Position numbers and translations under genes: made by a program
The notes under the pieces: model-generated
Seen by the model: the letters and a program-made list of their open reading frames with translations, nothing else
The model's database searches: none
Told to the model about the DNA's origin: nothing
Assembly (NCBI RefSeq): GCF_964204645.1
Contig: NC_134030.1
Location: 10,499,947-10,563,946 of the forward strand
Origin: Tubulanus polymorphus
Taxonomy: Eukaryota; Animalia; Nemertea
Direction: 5' to 3'
Length of the DNA: 64,000 nt
Part shown: positions 40,601 to 54,723 of the stretch, piece after piece
Position numbering within the stretch: position 1 is the stretch's first letter
Layout of the letters: each line of letters starts with the position of its first letter

Positions 40601-43167
40601 AATCGTACGCGTCGAGCGCTCGGCGTAAACACGCGATTCAAATATAAACACACCCACGCTTATCATTTTTTCATTACGTATGTATTTTAACGCCGTTGCG
40701 ATAACGTTTCATATACAACGAAACTAAAATATGCGTTTAAGGGCTTCTGTGTTAGTCGGCATGTGCACTACGTCATCAATATTGGCGTTTCAAGATAACA
40801 ATTACGATATTGATTTTGGAGTTTATTTTGTAACCAAATATATTTCATATCTCTTATTTCATATTTCATGAATCTTAATGATTAATTTTTTAGAAAATGT
40901 ACACTGTGTCATCAATATATCGGGGCTAGAATGGTTTCCGGGCAATTCAATTCAATCATCGATAACTTTATTTATCCTTAATATCAGGTAATTTATATTG
41001 TTTATTATCTACAATATAAGAAAATATATACGTGTTATTCTTCAAAGCGTCAATAAACTTTCAAGTTGATTACCCTTAATACCTCTTAAAGATCAAGTAT
41101 AGCCTATAATTCATCAAAATTCTAAATAATGATCTCATTCAATAAATAAAGTTAAGAATTTTGTGTGAAATAAAATTGTTGAGGCTGTCAGCTCGGGATC
41201 GTTCAATTTCACGGAGAAATAACCGCGTAAACCCGGCAATCGACGGAAGAGACGTTATCTTATTTATTTCAGACCATTTGTTTTCAGTCGACATTGAACA
41301 TCACGCACTCTCTATTCAATTTATATAATATCCTCGTACGTGCTAGACATATAAACCGAATTCACTCTATCATAATCTAAGAACACGATCAAAGAAGGCA
41401 ATGTCACTTGCAGAAAATCTTGCTGAATTCGGCATGATTTTGAGGACCTTAAAAGGTGTTGGATCGCCCAACGGATAGAACGTAATTCAAATTCGGTGAA
41501 GATCGATGATATTACCGAGGAGTAAATATTCGTCCAGATTTGGAAATAAAGACACTTCTAATATATAATGAACCTGCTTATTGATGTTGGTGTTAGTTCA
41601 ATGGTTTGGATGTATTTGTAAATTGCGCTGGGTTATTCGGTTGTCGATAGTCGTAAGCGTCGCAACTTTGTTAGCAGCGTAAATATAATTGCGAAATACG
41701 AGATCGTTGAACTCACAAAATGTCTTCGAGCGTTTGACGGTGGCCAGCAGACGATCTCGAGTCAAAATAAACAAAATCGATCATCATTGGTTCCTCGGAT
41801 TTCTATTTCGTCGAAAAGTAAAAACAAAGGCAATCGAATTCATAGTTATAGATGGAACATTATGCCGAGTCGAAATAGACTTTACGCAATGAAGGTGAAT
41901 CGGCACGGGGAACTGCAACGTTAGCTATACGTATCCCACTAGATGGCGCGACGAGCATCCAGTCCCTACTTAACGAACCCCGAAAAAACTATTTGAATTT
42001 GAATACCTTTAATACCCTTGATATTCTGAAAAACCCAACGGTCAAATTAGCTAAATTCATTAAGACCGGCTTAGATGTATATAGATCCCTCCAATAGCAT
42101 ATTATAGTATTGTAAATAGTTGATGTATATATATTTTGTTACGTTTTCATTCTCTAAATTCTAATCACTTCAGTGTTGTTTTGTAAATATTTGTACCCGG
42201 TATACACATGTGTAATAGTTTTCCTCCATATAGCATGGAAATGGTTGGAGTGTAAATAAAATCGTAATCGTAATCGTAATCTTACGTCATTGTCGATCAC
42301 CCGTCGAAAAAACATCTAATTGATTTGATGATCTGAGTGATTAGAGTAGTTTTAATTATTTCAATTAATTCTAACTGAATTAAATGATCAGCAGAATTGA
42401 TCGAATGCGGAAAATCGAATACCTACTAGCGAACCTGGTGGACATTTCTTTGCCATATTAGGAATCATCATCGATCGCCGCAGTAGGGTTGCGGGTTACC
42501 CATTGTTAAAGTCCCTGATCAAACCGTGTCAAGGCATATTAAGGCGGTTTTTGTAGTTGCTCCTATACCGGGATATCAGGAAATTGCAAATACTGGTGCT
42601 AAAACTAGCCAATTTCCTGAACCGCAAATAATCCACACCACTGTATATGTTAGATGGTTATCCATTACAATCATCATGGACGAGAAAACGAGATCCAGGC
42701 TATTCATTACGTTTAACGCGAAAATTAGGGTAGATTCGGAGGAAAATAATCGGGAACAATTAGCCATATGGTGACATCGGTTCTCGGATTCCGGCTCAAA
42801 CTCGAACTCCGAAATTACCACGCGTTTGTTCCCAACAGTTCATTTTGTTCATTCCAACTTTTGGAATTTCGGCCCCGTTCGTCAGTTTATAAGGTCATCT
42901 TCACAGTCAGATGTTGCTGAACAATTTCAGGTGAGCTGAGGTTTTAGTGCCTAGTTCTGTAACTAAGTGGTTCACTATGCCCATTCTTTGCACTGCACAA
43001 CACCCCGTAATAACATTGTACCCAAGTTTCATCACCCACATCGACCGCCTATTAACGAAGCTAAGTAGCTAAAAGACAGGAACACACACAGACGGACGAT
43101 CCAGTTGTATATGAACGGATAGATGAATGTTACCCGCACACGACTCTGGTCGTGTTGCCATCGTGTA

Positions 43168-43687
43168 GCCGCGATCACACGGATCAGCCCGCACCAGACC
43201 CGAGTCCAAATTCGGCGCGTGTTCAATCGGAGAGCGTGTCCATACGTAAACCACTCACTCGTTAATAAAAAGCTACGTAAATGTCAAAACGATGCTGTGA
43301 AAAGCGATGCGAGTCAATTCCAGAACCAACTAGCATTCACGCAATATTTTTGATATCCCAAGCCTTGAAACCTTTTAGCAAACTATGTCGTCAGGTTGAC
43401 AATAGATAATGTATCCTACATATTTCTACTCTCAGATTGATTATGAATACTATTTAAGGTTTTAGTCTATATTCTACTGGGGTCAGTCCCACGAGGAAAA
43501 TAAGTTGCTTAAACGGAATAACCTGACCAATGCTTTTTAATATTGCACGGGCCTGGCCCGAAGTTTCTGATCGGGACAGATTTGTCGCCACGTGTCAATA
43601 TCGGGCACGCAACCCACTGAGCGAACGGTTGGCTTACTGGCATGGGCCAAATTTGGGCTAGGTGCAAAATGCTCGTGTAATCGCGGC
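43168..43687. mobile_element. PIF/Harbinger-like MITE, longer variant, 30 nt from the PDE11 donor
   Basis: GCCGCGATCACACG...CGTGTAATCGCGGC termini. Confidence 0.7.
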
Positions 43688-43717
43688 AATATATAGTATG
43701 TATCAAAATGGTCTTAC

Positions 43718-44587
43718 CTCTACTGTCCTCTCTCTGTTGTAAGTATGCCCAGTCTCGGCAACCCAGCCTATAATACCACGACCCAATGGTAACTTCACAA
43801 CGTTCTCTTCGTCGACGGTGAACATCCCGCCATTTCCTCCCTGTTGACCGCTATATCCTTTCCCGTTGCTGCCCCCTTTCGACACTAGGTATTGATTGTT
43901 CTTCGGGCCTTCGATGATGTAGACGGAGCCGCATTCGGCGTCGCAGAGTATCAACGTGTTGACGACGATCTTGCTCGTCAAGCTGGTCAGGTCCAAATCG
44001 TTCGAGATATCCTTGACAATTTCGAGAAAGAACTCGCGTTCGTTTGTGTAGCGAAGCTCGCGTTTGAGGTCTTCGTCTTTGCTGGCGTATCGAGGCAGGC
44101 GAATTTTCGACTCGATCAGATAGCTGAGCATGTTCACCGAAGTGGCCGGAAGTGATTTGAACTGGCGCATGCCTTTCAAGCTGCTCCTGCGCACGTCCAG
44201 GGCCGTGCTGGAAGTGACCGCCGGTTCGCAAGTGCGGAACATGCTTCGCATTTTCGACCGGGCGTAATCGTGTCGAAGGTGTTTCTTCGAGTTCGAGCGC
44301 TGGTGTTTCGAATCTTTGTCGGAGAAAAAGCCGCTGTCGGTCATCGGTATGCTCGGTGATCCGGGGCCACTGCTGTCCTGCGACATGGATCCCCGACGTC
44401 CGCCGGTAATGTACTCGTGTACCGTATGGAATCCGTGCGCGACAAGCCATTTGTTAATCAACGTTAAATCCGCTCGTTTAATGAAATAATCCTGAACGAC
44501 TTCTTTGTTTCCCTCCAGCCACTCCTCCACCTGATGCCAGTCCAACGGACCCATCGTTTTAGTTTTCGATTTCGTGCTGCCGAGCAT
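43718..44587 (-). CDS. PDE11A: PDE11A-like dual cAMP/cGMP phosphodiesterase, first coding exon (N-terminal region and first half of GAF-A)
   Basis: 870 nt, 290 codons. SLPATSVNMLSYLIESKIRLPRY...NEREFFLEIVKDISNDLDLTSLTSKI and LPLGRGIIGWVAETG resemble the PDE11A4 N-terminus and GAF-A as recalled. Acceptor ...tattacag before 44647; in-frame stop upstream of the ATG; phase-0 donor GAG|GTAAGA at 43717. Confidence 0.92.
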
Positions 44588-44647
44588 AAGAACTAGCCAC
44601 CGTTAACCTCATTCAGCGGGACATTTTCGGAAGCCGTTCGAAGCAGC
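44588..44647 (-). promoter_or_regulatory. 5'UTR portion of the PDE11A-like exon, with two uORFs
   Basis: Acceptor AG at 44649-44648. uORF1 ATG TCC CGC TGA at 44624-44613; uORF2 runs from 44612 to TAA ending at 44559. The upstream non-coding exon was not located. Confidence 0.6.
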
Positions 44648-45029
44648 CTGTAATAATAGATTTAAAGCGAAGTTATCTATAAAACGAATTTCGAGTGTCA
44701 TGCACATTTTGCCAATATAGCAATGACGATCTCAGTAGTTAAAGGCACCCAACGAATCGCTGTTATTTTCAACTTGTGTTATCTTATCAATACATTTCGC
44801 ATATCCATTTCCTATAGTTTGTTTTCTATCGTCAAGATTAATTATTGCTCAATGCGATAATGCAAATTTTATGTAGTGGCATGATTTTTTTGTTTCCTAA
44901 CTCGATATTGAATTATAGTCAGAAACATAGAAAGTTGGTATTCCTGCTGCAAATGGGTCATACGTGGGCGTCAAACGTATCGCTTGCACGCGTCATATTG
45001 GACAGTCGTGGGTAAATATTTTATTAATA

Positions 45030-45455
45030 ATCTCCCCGGTAAAAATCCCCCAGGTTAAAAATCCCCGATGAATCAGCCGCGGTGAATGTCCTCTGGTAAA
45101 ATCCCGTCATGTAAAATCCCCCGGGAAATACCCTACCCCGGTAAAAAAGCAAGTAATATGCATAAAAAGACATTATTCTGTGACTTTTAGTAAGCTATAA
45201 GCATAGAAAATGTCAATATCGAAGTTTTAAAACTTTCTAAGAAGATATGAAAAGATATAGGTGATACGTAATATTAAAATACGTACATTTGTGTTCCTAG
45301 ATATTGTTGTGAAAAGTATTATCTAGTTTTTATGTAAGTTTTATGCTCCAGTTTGTTAGAAAATTGAATTTCGGGGGATTTTTACCAAGGGGTATTTTTT
45401 TCCTGTGATATTTTCACCGGGTTCGGGGAATTTACTGTGGGATTTTACCTTTTAC
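45030..45455. mobile_element. foldback-type element with tandem subrepeats
   Basis: Left arm of GGTAAAAATCCCC units, right arm of GGGGATTTTTACC units, AT-rich spacer. Confidence 0.65.
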
Positions 45456-48400
45456 CATATGGGACATCAAATGGCAGTCAACTTTTTTGTGCATTTGTTG
45501 TCTGCTTGTGCTTGATGTCTATCATCATGACGCACTCGCTGGGTGGAATTCAGTTTATGTAATTAATCACACGATGAAATTCAATGCGCAAATGCAACTG
45601 ATAACGTTGATTATTCAAGAATATGGCGAAAAATGTACATTCTAAAACAACGTCAACATTGATTCTAATATCACACATCAAATAAAGATCTTTAACACAT
45701 ATAAATGCCAGTGACCCCAGACTGAATATGAGGTCTTCGTCCCGGAAAATTGATTGATGGTGAAGGCGTACTAAATGCATCTGGATACAAAATAATATTG
45801 CTATTGATATTTAGACGCATCCCGAGCAATTTTAGCTAAGCTAATCAAGTCAATAATACCAGTGCTCAAGCCGGAATAGAAATCAGCTCTCACCAACGCG
45901 CCTCGGGAGACGAATATCCTTGAACTTTATAAGGTATCAGACGGTATACCTCGATTGAATTACCTCCATTACGACTGGACGTGATGTCCCGATGCGTTCT
46001 CCGTCCTCGATAGAAAACCGGCGTTAATATATTACTAGTCTGGAGAGTTGGACAAACAGTGAGGTTACATTGACCACCGAGCCAGGGCATACAATGGCAA
46101 CCTCGCAACGACGGTGTAGATACAACTGGAAGTGTCATGTATACCGGCCAAGTAGTTTCAATTGGACGACATCCATTGCAGGTAGATTGTTGATAAACGC
46201 CCCTTTTAAACCCTTTAAACGCATGTCAAAATGTCAACCGCAACTTTTCATTTCACATGGCCGCTTGCGCTTGCATACGACATGTTAGTAACGTTACTTG
46301 TGAACAAAGTCCTAATGGCTACTTGTAATCCAGCTAAAACACTTACCAGTCGAGAAAATCGGCTTACCGCGAAACGATTGCCATCATCTCCCGAAAAACA
46401 CTCGACTATTTAACAACGTATATTCATGTTTTGAGCTCACGTAGAGATCTGTGCAGGCTTCGTATAGTCCAATAACAATAATTGCCCGTTCGTGGTAGTC
46501 AGCTGTTTGTAACGGGCGCGTCTAGCTCGTTTCAACATGACACAGTGGAATCCGTCTACGGACGAGATGTAGTAGATACATAATCTCCACAAGCCGTGTT
46601 AATATCAAAATTTGAATATGCAACGGAAATTTACTTCAGTCGTTATGAAATATACGTCGCATGTCCCATCACGTTCTATTTCCCAGGGTACAGCAAAGCG
46701 TATTGTAAAAAAGAATAGAAAGGTATCGTATATAATACCGCCTAATCTGTCTGCCGTAAATACTCAGTAGTCCTAATGTCGCGAAGACGTCCTAGATCTG
46801 TAAAGACGCTCCACAGGGTTCGGTTTTAGTATTGAAACGGATCTAAAATCGTCGTCGACGTTACGTGGTTAGCCCTGGCCGAATTTTCCGACTTTTCTTG
46901 GAATTTTTGTAGTTAATGCAGGGGAACACGGAAATAGGAGACGGGAACATGTTTTCGAGCGTTTCCCGCTGTCGTGTGTGTTTATGAGAAACATGCTTTC
47001 GGGAATAACGCTTCCGAGACCGAACATGATTGATTCCATGTTTCTGTTTCTGTTTTTGCCAGTTTCCCGGGGTCTCGTGCGTATGGGCTCAATACGTAAT
47101 TGAATAGAACATACAAGTGTATAAGTAAGTATGGGGCATCGCGGACATAATTTCTTCCCACGTGATGACGCCATATTGGTGGCAAAAGACCGTATAAAAA
47201 ATGAGCTTTAATTTTCAGAAATGATGTGGTGGTTTTCATGACCATGGTCCCGATGTTCACATCCAAAATGGCGTCCATCGTAGGCAAACAATGACGTCGC
47301 GTGAAGGACTTTTCTAAAGTACGTTTATTACAAAATGCTCAGGATGGAGCAATGCATTCTGGATGAAATGCATTAAGCAAGGTTTGTTTTTGAGCTTGGT
47401 GTCTCGTTGACATCGCTGAAGATGGCAAGTTGGTAAATGACCAGACCAGGGCAACATCGATATCAATGTACAAAAAAACGAGAACCAAGTGCTTAGAACT
47501 GCTGACTCGATGCGACAAAGACGGCGTGATTTTCGTTCGATCTTGAATTTTTCTCATATCGTGATTTGAAATCGATATGGTTTGAACGAGCGACTTTGAG
47601 AAACTGTTGAATGTCTAGCATCTAAAATGAAATTGATCCAATTCACTGCTAATTATATTGAAGCGTTGTGAATAGTAAGCCCTGGGGAACCCAAGCATAT
47701 TTAATATTTGCTAGTTTATTTAGTGTCCCTTATTATGGCAAATCAATATCGGTTTTGGATATATTTTCACATTGACATGGTTTTTGGGCGTAAGGCAAAT
47801 ATCACCCCCAGGGTGCTACTTCATTATTAGTTAGAGTACCTAAATAATTACAGAGAAATCATAATCTGAAGAAGTGCATTCTTATAGCCGAGGGTGTTCC
47901 ATATAATATGACCCCTTGTTGATAGAAAACGTACAAGATGTTCTGGACATTGGTCGTATATGACCCTTTGGATTGAAGAAATAAATTTCAATTTCATGGA
48001 AAGCCACCTCATAAGGAACACTGGGCTTTTAAGATAGCACAGGTGCTATTTAACTCAGTTAAGAACTCTTCTCAACACTTCTTAAATTTACGACCGGCAA
48101 ATTAGGAGGGGTTCAGGCCCGTCGAGCTTTTATGAGGGGCAGTCCTATTTCAAGAAAAAAGACAATTTTTGCCGTAAAAGGGGCACTTTCTTATCGAAAA
48201 AGGCTGCTATTATGAATATGAAGTGCCCGGGTACCTGGATAAATCATTTGGGAATTGATTACTTTTCATTTTACAAAAAAAAAACGAAAACCTTGAAGGG
48301 CACCTTGAACATTTAAGGGGGTTCGTTCGGTCCCCAATTCACCCCGTCACTCCTCTAAGGTTGGGAAACGTTTAGAATAATCAACGCCGCCAAGTAGGTC

Positions 48401-51400
48401 ATCGGAAAACCAACGAGGTCAAGGTATCATAGGCGTGGTCAATAATCGATACATAAGACCCTAGCGTTTTATCGTCTATTAAAATACATGGACGCCAGAC
48501 TACAAACACTGAAGATGATACACTGGATGCCACTTAGAAGTCTCTCGCTTCGTGATAATACTATGTTCATACATCGGCAATAAGATACAATCAGCGCATC
48601 GAGTAGAGCTCAAGCGACATACGATTCCATTAAAGGTGTAACAAACGATCAATCATTTTTATCGGCCTTTGTATTTTTTTTCTGTTTTGACCGTTCGCAC
48701 ACATTACGCGTCGTAAATCAAAAGATTTCCGTAAACCCGACGAAGAATGTTGTATGTATCAACAACGCTAGGTCGTCGGACCAATATGCAGATGTAGGCC
48801 TCATTTATCATTCGATATTAATGATAAACTCGTATTTAACGATATCTTACTCTTAGCGCGGGAATGGCAAGTTATACATTTATATGCAAAAATACACTCC
48901 AAAGGTCGAAAAGTACTTGAGCATGTATTCGCAACAACCGTCATCAGAGGCTAAACTTCTCTCTGAATTGAAAATGCCCACTAGTGTTTATAAGGGTATA
49001 TAGAATAAAACTTCTTTCTGTACGCCAGATGATGGCTAATAACGTTTCTCAAATAAACATTATATTTTTTTCGAGAACTTTTCATCTTTGGCTAAATTAT
49101 TGATATTGTGTATCCTCTTTTGACAGAAAACTTCATTTCTGGATTCATGCAATGTCTGCAACTGTTAACTGGGCTGATCTTTGGCACATAACCCCTGGTC
49201 GTGTATGTATTAGTTACACAGTTACACCGAAAACAAATATGAAACCTTTCAAACTGCGCATTCGAATCGTATTAATTCGGCTATCGCTCGATCGATTTCT
49301 TGCGAGAGTTCGTTCGTGAACTCTAGAGCGCAAACCCGCTGCTACCTCGCGCTATCAAAACCGAGTTGATTAGATTAACTTACGTACATAGCGTCGTCCA
49401 CTCGCAGCGGGAATTCGACCGAAAACGAAAAAAAAAAACAATTTTGTCGAACACGGGAAACGCCGGACTAATCTTTATCGTCGGTGATCTTTTTGTTGTC
49501 GGGATAGTTCCCGTATTTGTTCATGTTAGTGCGGTCGGCTTGCGCGTGAAAAGCACGATCAAATAATGAAAGGGCGTTTTTGTAACAATCGCTGCTGCGA
49601 CGTTAGATGAAATGAATCGATCCCGTTTTAATTATCCGGCCCGAAGTGACACATGTTTATCTCGATGCTATGTCGCATAAAAAGGTCATCTCGCAAAGAA
49701 GAGATCCGACACAGTGGAAAGGTCAAACGCGCACAGTACACACACATTTATACTCCGCTTACTGCGGGCTCCATGAAAATGAAATCTATTTCTTCGACCC
49801 AAAGGGTCAAGACCCATTGCCAATCAACAAATTTTGGTAATATTTATAGTAAATTCTCGGCTATAAGTGTGCACTTTTTCAGATTATGAAATTTTCTGTT
49901 AATATTTCTGTAATCTAACTAATAATGAAGAAGCGATATTATCACTTAGGCATAAGATATGTAGATTATAATGAGAAACCACCGCATCAGTTATCCCACA
50001 AGAATGAAATAATTGAAAATTAGTTCATTATCAATGAACTTTGAACTGAATTTCTAGGCTCCGAATCCATATATTATCACAGGATTCACCAAACACACCT
50101 CGAATTAATTTTCTTACTCTACTTAATTTCTTCTTAACTTTACGTCTTCATTAACGATTGATTTATTCAAAAATTCATTCGAATTCAACCGAAATGTAGA
50201 AGAAAGAAGACCGTGTTACTACTAGCGAACCTAGCGGATTCTCACTTGCCATGAGTGGAATCTTCGATGGCGACAGTAGCGTTGGAGGTTTCTCACTATA
50301 AACCACATTTCGCCATAAGATAGGGTAACAGCGAGTCCACTCGGAAAAATCAAATTTTGGACTGCTAAGGATGTGATGTTTATACAGTAGACTTCGCTCA
50401 ATCCGAGACCTTAAAATGTGTCCGACTTTAGTTATGCTCGAGTTGGATGTTATGCATTTCATAGTGTCACAAAAAATATTTCAAAAAACGTCCTAGTTGA
50501 ACTGTATCCGAGTTGATCAGAACCAACTTGGGCGGAGAGTCCGCTGTACACATGGCATAACTTTCCATCCAAATTTCCGTAGAAAAATCCTAATCTTAGT
50601 AAAAATCCCCTTTTCAGCTCCAACACGTAGAAGCCGATGCCAAACCTCCAGTAATAATTCATGAAATAGATTTTGACACTTTAAAGGCCCCTGTCTTGCG
50701 AAAATCCTACATGCGCTAACACATGAATAAGTTGCTGCCTTTAAACCATAACTAAGTTGAACTGCGAATTATATCATAAAGGTTGTTCGTGGTTTTTGTC
50801 CGATATAGGCCTGAGAGCGCAAAAGGCATAGCGCATAGCTCCGTATTGAAGAAAGCACGGTATCCAAAAATGGGAGTGTGGCAAAAACACAACGAATTAC
50901 GATTATACGAGACACAGCAAATGCAATTTGAAGCATCTGTTCAATTCAGTCGAAGATAAACATCGTAGGGACTTCGATGTTCCTTCGAGACGACACGCGG
51001 GTAACTTGATTACGTTCACTCTAGTTTGTACAGAGACTAAAAGCGATTAAAAAGTAATTACTTTGCGTCTGTGTGGTGTGTGTCTGTGGAGAGTCTATGT
51101 GTGTGCCTGGAGGATCGGTGCCGGTGACGGTATCGGTTTGAAAGTTGTTTTCCAAGCTCGGAGATTAATCAGATTAAACCGCGCATCGCAAGTCACGTAC
51201 AGCGTAACGCATAGTGTTGCGGCTCCTTTTCGAAAACGTATCCACGAGGCATCGGAGAAATCTGACGACGTAACGGAAAGTTTTAACGTTATCGAGAACG
51301 ACATTTCAAAGAGATTATGGCGCTACGAACGAGAAAATATAAGCAGTGAGAAAGGGGGAGGAATGGGACATTTTCTTTCTCTACGTCAAGGGTGGATTTG

Positions 51401-51406
51401 AGGGTA

Positions 51407-51739
51407 ATCTTCAACCTTGTAATATATTATCCAAAATCTCGATGTATTAAACTAGGCAGCCAACAAAGTTAACCCGAATCAGTTACTTGCCGGTTCAAAC
51501 TGGTCGGGAGATTGTTTGAATGGACAGGAACCGAATTTCCCAATGTATGCACTTCGATATAAACAAAATATCTGTAATTTCGACCGCCGATCACACGACT
51601 ATATCAGCTGGATTTCAAAATCAAACCCCCCTCCCTGCAGGTGTGGTGTGTTTTCAAGGGACACCAAATACAAAAAAAAACAAATCAAACGAAATTACCA
51701 ACCAAATAGATAACAGGGTCGATCCCTATTTCAAGATTT
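51407..51739 (+). repeat. dispersed repeat family E, full copy
   Basis: Colinear with 35852-36196. Confidence 0.85.
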
Positions 51740-54723
51740 AAGGTTCTAAAAATGGAATTAGCATTTTCTAGGAACTATTTCTTCTCCAGAAACATCTTAA
51801 TACCGAGGGAGGGACCCTCTGTGCCTTTTGACATGGCTGCTTCATCCGCAATTTTGTTTATTGTTGTTTTCTGGACCCCGGACTTCAAATGTTTCTAGAT
51901 ACCCCTCGCTACGTACGCTCGTAGTTGAAAGTCTCCGTATTAACCTTGGACCCGCTGTGTTTACCTATCACCGCTACGTGCATCAAGAGTTATCGAGGAC
52001 GTGAGAACTTTTCCGGTTTCTTGGGAAATTAGACAAACGCGCAGTCTAATATTCTATACTGGCGATTTGAATCTCGTTCTCCCGATCGGAGTCTTCTGAT
52101 CCCGTTGATTGCCGTCATCAAGCCAATCGTCGCGCTATCAAAACACGTCCATACGATGAAAATCAGAGTGACAGTTGCGAATTAATACCGTCGTCGGATC
52201 ACACGTTGTTGGGCTGCGCACCGATTCACATTTTATCTGCATATAAATCTACATCCGCCGCGCCGATAGGGGCTAATGAAGTATGAATTCTATCGGCTTC
52301 GGCGACGAAGAGCGTTGATGAGGCGAAGACGGTATATCGTCAACCAGTCCTGTCACCGTTGTCGATCAAGTGCGGTTAGTTGAAACGTGTCGACGTAGTT
52401 TTACGAAAACAAAAAGAAAAAGAATCTAAAACCCACGGTGTACTTATATTTAACAATCGTGTATATCCTTGATTGCGTGGGCGATACTTGCTATATCGCG
52501 AAGGGAAATAAGGCTGCAAGATATTGATAACTGATTTCTCATTTCCGTTGAGCTCAAAAGTTGACCGGCTGGCCGCCTAATTCCCTGTACATTACTTTAA
52601 AAAAAATTATGATCAAGCTGATAATAGCATACCCGGCAGTTATCGAAATTAATTGTTTAAGAATTTTGTTTAAGTTACAAAATGACCCAGCCTAGGAGAA
52701 ACAATGTATGATTCTATTTCACCCTAACAACATTATTCAACGCCGAATACTTAAAAGAATGAACAGTTTTGCCGATTGAATGTTTAGGCATTTTCCAGAG
52801 CAGAAGTTCGACGCACACAGTATAAGTCAGAAAAACGAACGTTTCCGATAGAAAAACGATTTTTGTTCCGAACAGCACAAAAAGGGAACGAAAACATTTG
52901 CCTTAAAACTTGCGACATCTACGTGTTTTATCGAAACAAGAAGAAATACGTATCAATTGTTATTTTTGTTTCATGTATCAAGCTAGTTTCGACGGAATGT
53001 TTTTGTTTCGTGTTTCACCGTTTCGTGTGCGTTGGGCTTAAGTTATGAGCAATCATTTTTGTATATTATACTCGTTTTACCGATGCTTAGTAAACTTACT
53101 GTAATAGATTTTATTGAGATGTGAATTCAGTAATCCATCGTCGTACAACGTTGTGCGCATTCGCGTTATGTGCTGGATGTCCGTCGAGTTAACACTTAAC
53201 TTTTGAATCTTCGTAAGTCAATAGACGAGTATAATTTTCCACAGAAACTCTATCCACAAATCATTGGCGTGTGTAAAATCTTAGAGTTTTAACAATTTAA
53301 GCGGGTATTCCTGAAATGTTTAAAATTCGAAGAACGGCAGAATCCGCGCGCGTCCATGCAACGGTTAACGATTTTTTTCTAAGCACGAAAACTTTATTAG
53401 CGATACAGTCTGAAATGTTGTAGTAGTAGACGGTGCCGTAACACACCAGCACCGAAGTCGCAACGGCGTGAAAATGTGTGAGTTGGGAATATTTCACCCA
53501 GCGAGCGACACGAGTTGTCTCATAAATCAATTACAACAGGTCGATCGATCAGCTCGAGACAAATGCAAATTGCGCTCTAATCTGCGCTTATCAATATTCA
53601 TAGCTTTCACATATTTCGCCGGAACGTTAACCACGCACAGCTGACCAATTCGTCGAGATCGTACGTATGCGTATGATGTGTATCAGCTACGCCCGAATAT
53701 CGCGATTACGTTGACTGACTACGTTATACTTTCGAAGCTCGCTTAAAATCGATGCAAAAATCAATTAGCGAGTGAGATAAAAAGTTTTTCCAGGTCGCAA
53801 GCGTTTATCCCGGTTGATTAAGTCTCAGACGTGTCTTCGAATCTGATTAATCGCCGTCGCCTTCTAGCGAGTATTCCCAGAATCATTTCTAATCCTTTAA
53901 ATCGTCGATTCCCCGAAAACGTTTTTTTTTTTCTGTGACAGGTTATCGTACGCCGATTGAGCGACGTTACAACGTTAGAGTCCTCGCATGCGCTGGTAGT
54001 ACTGCTGGCTTTATCGTTTATTTTCTGTGGTCGACGGGTGTTTCATCGAAAAACTACGTAATATGCGTATATAAGCGTACAGAGAGACTTAGAGACGCAA
54101 CTCGCCAGCTGTTCAATCAGCGCGTATTGATATGCCTCGCGTGCACACGCGTTCATTGCTATCTGATATGGCGACTGTCGCTTGGTGACACCAGTGCAGC
54201 TACGATCGCTCGCTGAATCTGTCAGTACTTCATCGCGTAGAACTGTCGATGCACTCATAGATCCGCAATTTGATTTCGCAGGGCACTTCGATGATACTTA
54301 ACTTAACACGTCAGAGACGTCGGAAGTGGTGAGGCTTTTTTCTGAACGGGTGGGGGGTCTGGTAGCCCTCCCCCAGAAAAATTTTGAAAATTCAATCGCC
54401 GGAGATGCGTTTTGGGGCCATTTCAAGGTCTCATACACAGAAGCATGAGAAGTCGTGAGCCAACCACCTTACATAGACGAGCTGCTACGCGGGACAGCGT
54501 GCTTTTGAAAGAAGCATTAAAAAATTTGTGTTAAGCAAAAAAGTGGAGCGGCTCTGCACGTAAGAAATCCCAGAATGATTTCATCAAAAGTTCTTGTAGC
54601 AAAATGAGTAAATATATTTATTTGCAGTAACGTTTCGGCTGTATACTACATCACCAGGCACACTCATCCACAGCAAGCGCTAATCTTCTTCGCTAGAATT
54701 ATTGTGGGACTTCTTACGCCGGA

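Noticed and set aside
43851-44450. 199-aa minus-strand ORF and 87-aa plus-strand ORF overlapping the PDE11 exon
   Set aside because: Shadow frames of a GC-rich coding exon; no independent motif or splice support.
49378-49800. Candidate upstream non-coding PDE11 exon (minus-strand GTAAGT at 49383-49378)
   Set aside because: A donor-like hexamer alone is insufficient; several alternatives exist up to about 55.7 kb.
54610-54662. Third hammerhead-like remnant on the minus strand (CTGGTGATG...CCGAAACGTTA)
   Set aside because: Core box is mutated and stem II does not pair; at most a decayed Penelope-type terminus.
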